In this document: one piece after another, positions 29,771 through 40,395 of the stretch
Numbering within the stretch: position 1 is the first letter of the stretch
Layout: each line of letters opens with the position of its first letter
Virus record (IMG/VR): IMGVR_UViG_3300035115_000017
Coordinates: 2,342-66,341 of that record
Direction: 5' to 3' (one strand)
From: a virus
DNA length: 64,000 bases
Made by a program: the position numbers and the translations under genes
The notes under the pieces: generated by a model
The model's input: only the letters and a program-made list of their open reading frames with translations
Databases searched by the model: none
What the model was told of the DNA's origin: nothing

Positions 29771-29932
29771 ATGGCAACCAACACCAAGGACAAAATGTTA
29801 TTCGCCCGCGTGGAAGAGGCTTTAATCCGGCGACTCAAGCGGGTAGCGAAACAGATCGATCGACCGCCTTCATGGGTAGTGAGAGAAGCGGTGAAGGCTG
29901 AGCTTGATCGGATTGAAGGGAGAGCGAAATGA
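29771..29932 (+). CDS. Ribbon-helix-helix (Arc/CopG-like) regulator, 53 aa
   Basis: MATNTKDKMLFARVEEALIRRLKRVAKQIDRPPSWVVREAVKAEL; below the track cutoff; ATGA overlap with the next gene. Confidence 0.75.
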   Translation: MATNTKDKMLFARVEEALIRRLKRVAKQIDRPPSWVVREAVKAELDRIEGRAK

Positions 29933-31507
29933 AATCACGAGAACAAATCATGCATGAGTGGCGTGAATCACTATCCCCAGAGGAGCGCGAGATAGCTCGA
30001 CGCACGCGACAGGAAACACGGGACTACCTGCGTGAACGGCAGCCGCAACCGATTCGTTTCGCGTATGCAACCTCGACGCCGGGGTATTATGCCATTCTTG
30101 AGACTGAAACGAAGGTTTGAGCAACGCGCGCGCAGACCGAAGCGAAAGGGGTGAGGGAATGGGCGCAACGGCGATTATGAAGCGAGTGATTCACAGGCCA
30201 ACCGGAATTTGGTACTGGCTCGAAGTCAAGTTTAGTTGGAACGTGAAGTATTATTCCTTTGACGGCGGCGAGACTTGGCACAAGTCAAAAGTGACGGCTT
30301 TTATAAAGGCGCAGGGAAGCAATAGACTGCAATCCTGCGACTAACCAACCAACCCACGGGAGGGAGTATGAGTGAGATGAGGTTGACAGCGATTGAAACA
30401 ATGATTCTCAGGGCCGTGCGTTCAAGGCCGGATCAGTGGCTGGATCATCATCGTCATTATCTCGGCGAGGTACTAGCCTTGCAATGTAAGGGATTAGTGA
30501 CTACACGCATTGACGGTGATCGGTTACAGGTGCGTGCAACCACCACCAACGCGGAGTTGAGTTGGTGCGAGTGAGAGAACATGAGTACGAAACAAGGTAA
30601 CAAGCTACCAGCAAGAGAGTCGGCCTATTGCCCTACTTGCCGGATTCATTCATCGCAGTCGAGGACGGAGAGGCGCGGTGTACGATACTGCGGCGTATGT
30701 GGCAATGAGTTCACATTGGTTGAGTCGCGGTCAGCCTTAGCGATGCAAATGGAATCCGAAATCACGACAACAAAGGATCTAACCCCATGCAACGTCTAAC
30801 CTTCTCCGACTACGGAGCTATATGAGAGTCGAAAAGTGTAGCGATGGTCGGTTTGTGGTAGTGCGCGGCGACGTGAACGCTCCGCAATACTTCTCTTTCT
30901 ACGTTGACGCTGATCGATCTTCGTGGAGTAAATATCTTTCACAAGCGCACAAGAATGTTACTCTTACGGGCGCGGATGAAACGATGGCCGAGATTCGTCG
31001 TAGAACACAGATCCGGCGCAACGCGAACAGAGGTCGTAAAACCGAGGTAAACCTATGCAACGATTGAGCTTATCCGACTACGCCCTAACCATCCTGTTCA
31101 TCCTCGCACTCTCCTTCGGCGTCTACTACGGGTTGCAATCGTGGCTAACTCAGGTGACGACTGAGACGACTGCGCGGATGAAGGTTGACTACTGAACAAG
31201 CTAAGGAGAATCCATGAGTGATAATCTAAGTCAGTTTGAACAAGCGATTATGCAACGTGCGCGAGACCGAGTTACTCAGAAGCGCCCAACGTTTTGGCAG
31301 CGACTGTTTCGCCGTCCGGTACCCGCTACCTTCACGGAAAATGAGCGACTGGCTTTACTGGCGCATCGCATGAGCCAGTTTCAGGAAACCATGAAGGAAG
31401 AACGCAGTAAGCGCGGTCACATTGTCTACCCTGAGGGCGCAGCTATCAGTCCCAGCGAATGGCCTGCATGCCCACCAAACTGTGAGCACGTTATTGACCA
31501 CTCGTAG
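29929..31507 (+). other. Cluster of small rightward hypothetical genes (29929-30120, 30117-30344, 30368-30574, 30581-30799, 30822-31067, 31214-31507)
   Basis: Consecutive + ORFs with SD motifs; Zn ribbon in 30581-30799. Confidence 0.55.
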
Positions 31508-31520
31508 TATAATCCCACCC

Positions 31521-32039
31521 ATGAGCGCCGCACCTAACCCGCAAACTACGGATAACATTGAACTTATCCCGGTGTGTGACTACTCATTCGCGGGCGACAA
31601 TCGGACAGTCGAGAATAAACGCACGTTTATTTCATGGTACAGGCGCAAGGCTTCGATCTTTCATGCAGCAGTGGCTACTCAGGTCGCAAGATCAACTATT
31701 TACAAGTGGATGGAGGATGATCCACAGTTTGCGCTTGCAGTTGAGGAATCATTCGAGGATGCAGTAGATGTAATGGAAACCTCGACCTATGAGGATGCGC
31801 TTGGATCCAATGGTAAGCCCGGCAATCCACTACTCAAGATGTTCTGGCTGAAGGCCCATCGTCACAAGTACAGGGACAAGGTAACTATCGACTTAGACGT
31901 AGTGAAGGACGAGATCCAACAGCGCATGCAGCAGCTCAACGTACAGCAACTACCGCCAGCAATGGCGCAGTTTATTGATGTCGAGAGTAGCGAGAGTCAA
32001 ACAGTAGAGTCTCTTGTTAACCGTGAAGATCAGACATAA
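31521..32039 (+). CDS. terS: Terminase small subunit (HTH type)
   Basis: AAVATQVARSTIYKWMEDDPQF...LLKMFWLKAHR.KYRD pattern; TATAAT 7 nt before ATG 31521. Confidence 0.7.
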   Translation: MSAAPNPQTTDNIELIPVCDYSFAGDNRTVENKRTFISWYRRKASIFHAAVATQVARSTIYKWMEDDPQFALAVEESFEDAVDVMETSTYEDALGSNGKPGNPLLKMFWLKAHRHKYRDKVTIDLDVVKDEIQQRMQQLNVQQLPPAMAQFIDVESSESQTVESLVNREDQT

Positions 32040-32758
32040 ACCAAGAGAACGAATCCGACGACATGGCTGCCTCCGTTGTCGTAACCCTCGGTGTGACCGT
32101 CAGCATTGTCCGCTTTGTAGTGAGTGTAATGTGAGGGTGAACAGAGGAATGAATACTACGCAATTCTCCCCTCCATCCGAGAATTTGCAAAAAGAGGAGC
32201 GGGATAAGTGACGCTGCTGCTCATCTGCGTCCTACTTACACTCGTGATCATCGCTGGTCCTAGTCGCGACAGGGAGTAGTCATGCGTAGCTGGCGTACCG
32301 TACACAAACGAGCCTCGAATAAACGTCGTCGTATTGAGCGAGAACGACAGCGTGAATGGGCCATTGCGTTCACTAAGGCTGATACATTCTTGCACTGGGA
32401 TAAGGATATCCAAGAGTACTGGTTACGGCACGTAGTCGGTACTAACAATCCGCTCGGCTTACTCTCACCGTTCCACGTGAAACATACGCAGTTGTGAGTA
32501 GTCGTCGAGGTCGTGCTGCCTCATTATCGTCATCAATAGTCGAGATACCGACAGTTCATTTATCACTTGAGGTTGATGTGTTACCTGAGGAATTAAGCTC
32601 ATGTTCATTAGCGAATTCGACTGTCCGGCTTAACCACTGCGCTTAACTTTGACGACAATTCACCTCGATTAAGCTCGACCCCCGTACCCGGGAGTTCGAT
32701 GATTAAGTGGAGGAGAGGTGGGGGAATGGGAGGTCTACGTATCTCAACTTCACTAAGG

Positions 32759-33127
32759 TTAAACATCGTTGCTCACTGAATTCATTACTTGTACGACAGT
32801 TACCAAGTCAAACCCGTCTAAGAGGTAGGTTTCATGCCCGGAGTGGAGAATTACCTCGCCGTCACGATTGCGAACTTCGATTCCTTTAACGCCCTCTGAG
32901 GAACACTTTACACAGCCCGGATCGGCGTCTACGACTAGCGTCCACGGAAGTTTTAGCTTGTCCGGGTCAACTAACGCTATAACTTTCCGGTAACTCTCCG
33001 GGTCAACTTGCTGCATTCGTCGCAGGACAAGCTCGAAGTCATCGGGTTGCCAGTCTTTGAGCGGTAACCCTTTGAGCTTGCGGAAACGATTGGCTTCTTC
33101 GGTGATTAGTTCGGGTTCTTCTGGCAT
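32759..33127 (-). CDS. Hypothetical protein
   Basis: 122-aa ORF with a CxxC motif. Confidence 0.5.
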   Translation of the reverse strand: MPEEPELITEEANRFRKLKGLPLKDWQPDDFELVLRRMQQVDPESYRKVIALVDPDKLKLPWTLVVDADPGCVKCSSEGVKGIEVRNRDGEVILHSGHETYLLDGFDLVTVVQVMNSVSNDV

Positions 33128-33537
33128 GAGAATGGCTCGAATCTGGAAATTATTGCAATTAGAAAATACAAAAAGGAGTTTAGCGACAGACGCCGAGCAG
33201 TAGCGCGGTAATGATAACGACAGTTGTTAAGGCTTCTGCGAGTACCACTCCCACAATGATGCCTCGTCCGCCAATACGGCGGCAGTCTTCACAGTAGGTA
33301 CCATGAGAGTCTAACGAGCGATCAATTCCACAGTTTTTACAGTTCTCTGCGCTCAATTCAACCTTTCTCCTCTCAATCCCAGCTCCGCATACACCGCAAG
33401 TGCGTGAATCACGGCATAATCCCGCTCCTCGGTGCTGAGTTCGGTCAATTTGATGATCGATTCAGCGAATTCCGGCACGTAGCAGTCTTCGATGATGACG
33501 ACGAGGGGCCACGACGATACCGAGCCTGAGTTTTGGG

Positions 33538-33930
33538 TCATTTCACGCTCGCAGCCAACGCAGCTAAGCAAATTGCCTCAGCCAGTGAGTCCGAGTACTT
33601 ATGCCAGCAGCAGTTTTCGTAGCCAAATTCAACTTCCCATGTTTCCTCGGCGTCGTGGGTATCGGTCATCTTGACCCAGTAGTCGCGCGCCTGCATTTTC
33701 TCAACCACCTGCTTCGCAGCCTTGATCGACTCACTCGGCTTCCACAACGGCAGATTCGCAAGCTGATCCTCGCAGTTCACGATAGCTTGATAATCCCCGT
33801 GTTCATCCATCCAGTTCACCTGCGGCGGGGTGTAGTCGTAGTCGGTTTCTTCGTGCCAGCCCATGACTTGCTCAGCCACGGCGCGGTCCAACTCGGCTCC
33901 GGTTAACTTTTCTTTCACCTTAGCTGACAT
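33538..33930 (-). CDS. Phage ABA-sandwich-domain-like protein
   Basis: ELDRAVAEQVMGW...PSESIKAAKQVVEKM...AEAICLAAL pattern. Confidence 0.6.
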   Translation of the reverse strand: MSAKVKEKLTGAELDRAVAEQVMGWHEETDYDYTPPQVNWMDEHGDYQAIVNCEDQLANLPLWKPSESIKAAKQVVEKMQARDYWVKMTDTHDAEETWEVEFGYENCCWHKYSDSLAEAICLAALAASVK

Positions 33931-33983
33931 AGTCCCGTAATTCTACCACCAAAAGTCACCGCAATGTCGTATCATCCTGACCG

Positions 33984-35654
33984 ATGCCGCTGCGTCGCAA
34001 CCAACGCCTGCCGCGTAATCTCAACGAGTGGCCCCCCGAAGCCCTCCTGCTGTATCGGGACTACTTGCGGTCACTTGATCCTCCGGGGGAACAGTTCCGC
34101 CAACGCTACATGAACGATCCGGTGGGATTTGCACGCGAATGTGTTGAATGGGGCGCGGGTGAGGGGCTAACTCTCTACCAGCAGGAGATTCTCTCGGCCC
34201 TCGTCACCGAACGTCGTGCCAATGTCTGTCGCGCTGCCGTGCGTGGGCCACATACGCTCGGGAAGACCTGCGTTGCTTCAATCGCCATCCTCTGGTTCGC
34301 GCTCACGAGAGACGATCTCCCTGACAAGTCCGACTGGAAGATCATCACCACTGCGTCAGTGAGCAGGCAATTGACCGACTTCCTCTGGCCCGAAGTGCGC
34401 AAGTGGTCCACGCGGGTTAAGTGGGACAAGGTAGGACGAGCGCAATTCACCCAGTACGAACTCATGGCTGAGACACTGCGACTGAAGACTGGCAAGGCAT
34501 CGTCGATCACCTCGTCCGAGGAGACTGGAACTGAGGGCGGGCACGCTGATCATCTCCTCTACATCTTCGACGAAGCGAAGGCAATCGAACCCTCCCGCTG
34601 GGATGCGGCTGAAGGGGCACTCATGGGCGGTGTCGGGAAGGAGATCATCGCGCTCGCTATCTCAACCCCGGGTGATCCGCAAGGTCGGTTCTTTGAGATC
34701 CACAATCGCAAGCCGGGATTAGAGGATTGGTGGGTGCGGCATGTGACTATTGACGAGTGTATCGCAGCAGGACGAGCCACGCCTGAGTTCGTCGAGCAAC
34801 GCCGTCGGCAGTGGGGCGAGAATTCAGCGGTTTTTCAGAACCGCGTACTGGGAAACTTTTGCGAGTCTACCGAGGATACAGTCATCCCTCTTGCGTGGGT
34901 GGAAGCGGCCAATGAGAGGTGGTTGAAGCGAATCGAAGTACAACATCATCTACCTAGCTGCGCAAGAGACTGCCATGAAACGCACTGGAACTGGGTAGAC
35001 GGAGCCGAGCGTGGTCTATGGCCCAAACAGCAATGGCGATCCGGTCGTGACGAGGAAGACTTCACTTGCGTCGGCGTGGACATCGCGCGCTCGGATCTGG
35101 GCGACAAGACGGTTGTAGCCCGACGACAAGGGAATACGATCACGCAACTGGACCGCTACTCGATTGCCGACACGATGCCGATCGTAGGTAAGGTGAAGGG
35201 AGTGCTGGAGCGTTACACTCACGCCTATGCAATGGTGGACGTGATTGGAATCGGGAGCGGTCCAGTGGATCGTCTCCGCGAACTGTTCCCGGCGAAGCGT
35301 ATTCTTGCGTTCAATGCATCAGAGGGTACAAATCTCAAGGATCGTGGCAAGGAACTGGAATTCTCGAACTGTCGCAGCGCCGCGTGGTGGAACATGCGCG
35401 AACTGCTCGATCCAGCTTACGACTCCGACATCGCCCTCCCGCCATGCGACATGCTCACGGGCGATCTCACTGCGCCCAAACGCGGCAAGGATACTTCCAG
35501 CGGCAAGATCACAGTTGAGAGTAAGAAGGACATTCGCAAACGACTGGGGCGATCCACTGATGATGGAGATGCGGTCGTGATGGCGTTCTTTCCGAAGCGC
35601 CGCTACGTTGAGCAGGTGGAAGTTGAGTCCTACTCCTACATGGAATACGTCTAA
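33984..35654 (+). CDS. terL: Terminase large subunit
   Basis: Walker A RGPHTLGKT, Walker B YIFDEA, ISTP coupling motif, nuclease VGVDIA and DDGDA. Confidence 0.93.
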   Translation: MPLRRNQRLPRNLNEWPPEALLLYRDYLRSLDPPGEQFRQRYMNDPVGFARECVEWGAGEGLTLYQQEILSALVTERRANVCRAAVRGPHTLGKTCVASIAILWFALTRDDLPDKSDWKIITTASVSRQLTDFLWPEVRKWSTRVKWDKVGRAQFTQYELMAETLRLKTGKASSITSSEETGTEGGHADHLLYIFDEAKAIEPSRWDAAEGALMGGVGKEIIALAISTPGDPQGRFFEIHNRKPGLEDWWVRHVTIDECIAAGRATPEFVEQRRRQWGENSAVFQNRVLGNFCESTEDTVIPLAWVEAANERWLKRIEVQHHLPSCARDCHETHWNWVDGAERGLWPKQQWRSGRDEEDFTCVGVDIARSDLGDKTVVARRQGNTITQLDRYSIADTMPIVGKVKGVLERYTHAYAMVDVIGIGSGPVDRLRELFPAKRILAFNASEGTNLKDRGKELEFSNCRSAAWWNMRELLDPAYDSDIALPPCDMLTGDLTAPKRGKDTSSGKITVESKKDIRKRLGRSTDDGDAVVMAFFPKRRYVEQVEVESYSYMEYV

Positions 35655-35911
35655 ACACGACTAAGGCCAGCTCGTGAAACCTGCCAGTAACGCGAACCAG
35701 CCTTAGCCTGTGTAGCTTCACTTTATAGGAAGTAGCGACATTATACCTCAACTCATCTCGTAGATCCATGCTAAAGTCCAGCGAGGAGGAATCCCCCGGT
35801 CAGGAGAATACAGGAAACTGAAGCGGCGTCTGCCTGATCTCGCACTGTGCTGTCGGCATAGTTTATTTAGAGTGGGACGCCGCTTATAGATTATTGTAGC
35901 ACTCCACTTTA

Positions 35912-38900
35912 ATGGCAACCAAGCTCTATCTCGAATCGACTGCGTTCAGTCCAATTACCCCCACTCCCAACGCGGGCTGGACGGATCAAACCCAGTTTGC
36001 GCGCTTTGCTGCTGGCACTACTAAACTCTCCTCCACTATGACCACGCGGAACTGCACCTCCGCCGTCTCCACGCAACTCGACATCATCCTCGCCCAATTC
36101 ATCTCGCATCCCCTTGACGCAGGCCAGACTATCACGGGCGGGCAGAACATCTCGATCGTCATACGCGAGGCCGAGACCGCAGCGGCAAATAACCTCTTCT
36201 TTACGTGGGCGGTCTATATCTTCAACGGCGCGACCTTGCAGAAAACACTGATTGCGAAACGTCAGGACGGGACTGAACAGACTTCCAGCTCGCTCACGAC
36301 GAGAAGCGCAACCGTGGCGAGTGTGGCGGGGAATTACACGACGGTTGCAGGGGATCGCATCGTCGTCGAAGTAGGACTCAATGGAGATCCGGGTGGGACA
36401 AACACGCATGGTGGATCCATTAGTATCGGTTCCGATTCCGCTACCGACCTTGCGATCACGGATGGTGTCACGACGGCGAACAATCCGAATCTCATCCTCA
36501 CCGATACGCTCACCTTCAACACGACAAGCGCGAGTCCGAGTGTCAGTCCTTCCCCTAGCCTTAGTCCGTCAGCGTCAGCTAGCCCATCGGCCAGTGTGAG
36601 TCCATCCTCCAGCGCGAGTGCGTCAGTCAGTCCTTCACCTTCAGTTTCCCCGTCAAGCTCGAACAGTCCGAGCCTATCTCCCTCAAGCAGCGCGTCACCA
36701 TCGAGTTCCGTCTCTCCTTCGATCTCGCCCAGTCCGAGTGTCTCTCCGAGTAGTAGTGTCAGTCCCAGTGTCTCGCCGAGTCCGAGTGTGAGTCCGTCCA
36801 GCTCAACTTCACCCAGTCTCTCGCCGAGTAGCAGTCAGAGTCCTTCGGCGAGTGTTTCTCCAAGTATCTCGCCTTCATCGTCAGCCAGTCCAAGCTCAAG
36901 TGTCAGTCCGAGTGTCTCTCCAAGCTCAAGTACAAGCCCGTCATCCAGCATCTCCCCTTCAATCAGCCCTAGCGCATCTACGAGTCCGAGTAGTAGTGCC
37001 TCTCCCTCATTTGGCCCAGCTAACTTCCCTACCACGCCAATCCTCGACAACTTCAATCGCGCTGACGAAGACCCGGCGACGGGGTGGTCGCGAGTCTTCG
37101 CAGGCGAGCTGCGGGTATTCGCGGTTAGTAGTAACGCTGCGTTCATAGACGACAGTCTGGCAAATGGTGGCAATACTCTCAGCGGAGTATTTGACGTTGC
37201 TCCTGTCAGCGTCGATCAGGAAGCTTATATCACGCTGAGAAACGCCGATGTTGGGGTATTTGACGAAGTGCGCGTGTTATTGCGCATGAACGGGCCGATG
37301 ACAGGGGATGTGAGCGGCTACGGAGTAGGGTACCGAAACACGGGCGATCTGATTGCCTACACATTTGCAGGTACGGGGACAAATACCGAAATTGGCTCGG
37401 TTCCAATCGTCCTCACCGATGGCGACAAGATCGGTGCGCGTATCACTGGCGATCAACTCGAACTCTGGACCAAGCAGGGCGCAGGCGCGTGGACCAAACA
37501 GACGACGATCACCGATTCCACCTACAGTGCCCCCGGACAGATTGGTTTACAGCTCCAGATCATTGCAGGTAACGCGCTCATTGAAGCAGACGACTTTGGC
37601 GGCGGGGTAGCGATCATCGGTTCGCCCTCGATCAGTCCGAGCGCTTCTGCTTCCCCTTCAGCATCAGAGAGCGCGAGCGTCAGCCCTTCAGTTTCACCTT
37701 CGATCTCTCCCAGTAGCAGTCCCAGTCCGAGCGCAAGTCTTTCTCCGAGCGCGTCTCTTTCCCCCAGTGCGAGCGCGAGCCCTTCCCCGCCACCTGTGAC
37801 TGCGCAAGGGTTGAACTTCCGCGCTACGTCCACTTTTGTCACGGACGGGACGGATCAAACTTACGTTCTCGGCGACGCTTACCCTACTACACGTAATGGA
37901 GTGACTTTCGGCTACGAGTTTGACGTACCCACAATCCGGGATAACAGTTCAGGCGTCGATCCCCGACTTGCGGGTGAACATAGATTTTTCAACGAAGCAG
38001 AATCAGTCCCGACAGTGTTTCGAGTCGATCTCCCCTCCGCCGGAGACTACGACATTCGTCTCGCGCTCGGCAGTGCCACTGGGGCACGCGTCACGACGAT
38101 CGACATTCAGGACGATCATACCTCTCGACTGAGTTTTGTCGATGCCTCCACCGCAAGCGGAAGTTTTGCCGATGCAACTGGCTCAACTCATACCGCTGCC
38201 AACTGGCCCGCGAACAACTCCCTCGTCACGCGCACGTTCTCCTCGGGAATCCTGCGCATCGTACTGGGGAATACGAATGACTCGGGATTCTCCGGGTTGG
38301 CCCACCTTGCGTTTGCACTTGTCCCTGAAGAGAGCAGTAGCGAGTCGGCATCAGCCAGTCCGTCCAGTAGTGCGAGTGTTTCGCCTTCAGCGTCAACTTC
38401 TCCGTCTGCAAGTGAGAGTCCGTCAACCTCCCCGAGTAGCAGTGGTTCTCCTTCGTCCTCTACAAGTCCGAGCGTCAGCCCGAGCGCATCGCAATCTCCG
38501 AGCGCGAGTGAATCTCCAAGCGTTTCTCCCAGCGCTAGCCAATCGCCAAGTTCGTCAGCGTCGGCGAGCACCAGCCCGAGCGGTTCCACCTCCCCGAGTT
38601 CATCGGAATCGCTCTCGATTTCTCCGAGTAGCAGCACAAGTCCTAGCTCGTCAGAATCACCTTCAGTTTCGCCCTCTGCCAGTACCAGTCCGTCGTCGAG
38701 TGAGTCGCCCAGTGTCAGTCCATCGGCCAGCCAATCCCCCTCGTCTTCCGCCAGCGCCTCGACCTCGCCCAGTGCATCGCAAAGCCCGTCCGCCAGTGAG
38801 AGTGCGAGTGTTTCGCCTTCGCCGAGCCAGTCCCCGTCCGGTTCGGTAAGCCCATCAGTTTCCCCGAGCCCGTCGCAGAGTCCGTCGTCCTCGACATCTC

Positions 38901-40177
38901 CCAGCGTTTCACCGAGCAGTTCGACATCTCCGAGTAGTAGCGAGTCGCCCTCGATCAGTCCGTCGTCCTCGCTCAGCCCGAGTTCAAGTGAATCTCCCAG
39001 CCAGTCCCCGTCGTCATCACAATCACCAAGTTCGAGTGCTTCAGCGAGTGTGAGCCCATCTCCCAGTCAAAGCCCGAGTGCGTCTACCTCGCCCTCTGTC
39101 TCACCCAGCCCCTCACTCTCCCCGTCCAGCAGTGAATCACGTTCGGTCTCTCCTTCTGCTTCGACCTCACCATCATCGTCAGAATCCGCATCACAATCCC
39201 CCAGCAGTTCCCCCAGCCCGTCATCCTCTGAGAGCCCGAGCGTGAGTCCGAGTGCGAGCACCTCACCTAGTAGCAGTGAGTCGTTGAGTGTTAGTCCCAG
39301 TAGTTCAGCCTCGCCTTCATCCAGCACGAGTCCATCTGTCAGCCCGAGTGCGAGTCAAAGTCCGTCTAGCTCAACGTCAGCATCTACCTCTCCTAGCTCA
39401 AGTGAGAGTGCCAGCCCGAGTCTGGGTTCGTCGTCAGAGTCTCCGTCGGTCAGCCCTAGCCTCTCACCAAGCGCATCGGTCTCACCCTCGATCAGCCCTT
39501 CACCGTCCCTCTCACCATCTGCAAGTGCGAGTAGTAGTCAATCGCCGAGCCCGAGTGTCAGCCCGAGTCATAGCGCCTCCGCTTCCCTCTCACCTAGTGC
39601 GTCCACTTCACCAAGCGCAAGTGAGAGCAGATCACCGAGTCCATCAGCGAGTGTTTCTCCAAGTTCAAGCGCATCTCGCAGCCAGTCGCCATCAAGTAGT
39701 GTCAGCCCCAGTTCAAGTGTCTCTCCATCACTCTCTCCCAGCCACTCGGAGAGCGCGAGTGCGTCAGCTTCCACTAGTCCGAGCAGCAGCGAGTCGAGAT
39801 CTCCTTCGCCATCCAGTAGTGCATCCAGTTCAGCGAGTCCTTCGTCCAGTGAGTCTCCTTCAACTTCCCCGAGCGAGTCAGTCTCAGCCTCGCAATCCCC
39901 CAGCGCGTCGCAATCTCCGAGTATCTCTCCTAGTTCATCAATCTCCGTCAGCGAGTCGCCTAGCATCTCGCCTTCGTCATCCCCGTCAGCTTCGATCTCA
40001 CTCAGCACCAGCCCATCACTCAGCCCCTCACACTCAGCTAGCCCGAGCGGGCCGTTGCCCCGAGTGGTTCATGCTCGTTTCACTTCACGTCAGTCGTCAG
40101 TTGTGTTCGTCCCACGCAAGTCGGGAGTTGTGTTTACGGCACGAGCAGCATCCGTGCAATTCGCAGTTGACAACTAA
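35912..40177 (+). CDS. Giant mucin-like Ser/Pro-repeat protein with three globular beta-rich domains (putative virion fibre)
   Basis: 1421 aa; S-x repeat blocks at ~36527-37009, ~37622-37790 and ~38332-40048 separating beta-sandwich-like domains. Confidence 0.8.
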   Translation: MATKLYLESTAFSPITPTPNAGWTDQTQFARFAAGTTKLSSTMTTRNCTSAVSTQLDIILAQFISHPLDAGQTITGGQNISIVIREAETAAANNLFFTWAVYIFNGATLQKTLIAKRQDGTEQTSSSLTTRSATVASVAGNYTTVAGDRIVVEVGLNGDPGGTNTHGGSISIGSDSATDLAITDGVTTANNPNLILTDTLTFNTTSASPSVSPSPSLSPSASASPSASVSPSSSASASVSPSPSVSPSSSNSPSLSPSSSASPSSSVSPSISPSPSVSPSSSVSPSVSPSPSVSPSSSTSPSLSPSSSQSPSASVSPSISPSSSASPSSSVSPSVSPSSSTSPSSSISPSISPSASTSPSSSASPSFGPANFPTTPILDNFNRADEDPATGWSRVFAGELRVFAVSSNAAFIDDSLANGGNTLSGVFDVAPVSVDQEAYITLRNADVGVFDEVRVLLRMNGPMTGDVSGYGVGYRNTGDLIAYTFAGTGTNTEIGSVPIVLTDGDKIGARITGDQLELWTKQGAGAWTKQTTITDSTYSAPGQIGLQLQIIAGNALIEADDFGGGVAIIGSPSISPSASASPSASESASVSPSVSPSISPSSSPSPSASLSPSASLSPSASASPSPPPVTAQGLNFRATSTFVTDGTDQTYVLGDAYPTTRNGVTFGYEFDVPTIRDNSSGVDPRLAGEHRFFNEAESVPTVFRVDLPSAGDYDIRLALGSATGARVTTIDIQDDHTSRLSFVDASTASGSFADATGSTHTAANWPANNSLVTRTFSSGILRIVLGNTNDSGFSGLAHLAFALVPEESSSESASASPSSSASVSPSASTSPSASESPSTSPSSSGSPSSSTSPSVSPSASQSPSASESPSVSPSASQSPSSSASASTSPSGSTSPSSSESLSISPSSSTSPSSSESPSVSPSASTSPSSSESPSVSPSASQSPSSSASASTSPSASQSPSASESASVSPSPSQSPSGSVSPSVSPSPSQSPSSSTSPSVSPSSSTSPSSSESPSISPSSSLSPSSSESPSQSPSSSQSPSSSASASVSPSPSQSPSASTSPSVSPSPSLSPSSSESRSVSPSASTSPSSSESASQSPSSSPSPSSSESPSVSPSASTSPSSSESLSVSPSSSASPSSSTSPSVSPSASQSPSSSTSASTSPSSSESASPSLGSSSESPSVSPSLSPSASVSPSISPSPSLSPSASASSSQSPSPSVSPSHSASASLSPSASTSPSASESRSPSPSASVSPSSSASRSQSPSSSVSPSSSVSPSLSPSHSESASASASTSPSSSESRSPSPSSSASSSASPSSSESPSTSPSESVSASQSPSASQSPSISPSSSISVSESPSISPSSSPSASISLSTSPSLSPSHSASPSGPLPRVVHARFTSRQSSVVFVPRKSGVVFTARAASVQFAVDN

Positions 40178-40203
40178 TTCCCATTGTAGTACGTTATACT
40201 CCC

Positions 40204-40395
40204 ATGAAGCGTGGAGTAAAGGATACTCATATTTACTTCCCTGTAAAAGTGCTGGCTGAACTGAAGAAATTAGCGGCAGTGAACAGGCGGAGTGTCTCAG
40301 CGGAGATTGTTGTCGCAGTTGAGGACTACATAAAGGAACGATATGCGAATGAGCTGGAGACGAACGGCACGCGGAAGAAGGAGCGGTCGAGATGA
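40204..40395 (+). CDS. Arc-like ribbon-helix-helix regulator
   Basis: THIYFPVKVLAELKKLAAVNRRSVSAEIVVAVE; TTGACA at 40167 upstream. Confidence 0.8.
   Translation: MKRGVKDTHIYFPVKVLAELKKLAAVNRRSVSAEIVVAVEDYIKERYANELETNGTRKKERSR

Noticed and set aside
38332-40048. Repetitive DNA as a possible CRISPR array or VNTR
   Set aside because: No constant repeat with unique spacers; the periodicity is at protein level with degenerate codons
36835-40259. Alternative-frame and antisense ORFs over the S/P tracts (LGLT/EGE-rich or R/V/Q-rich translations)
   Set aside because: Shadows of the low-complexity Ser/Pro coding sequence, with no independent start signals or protein-like composition
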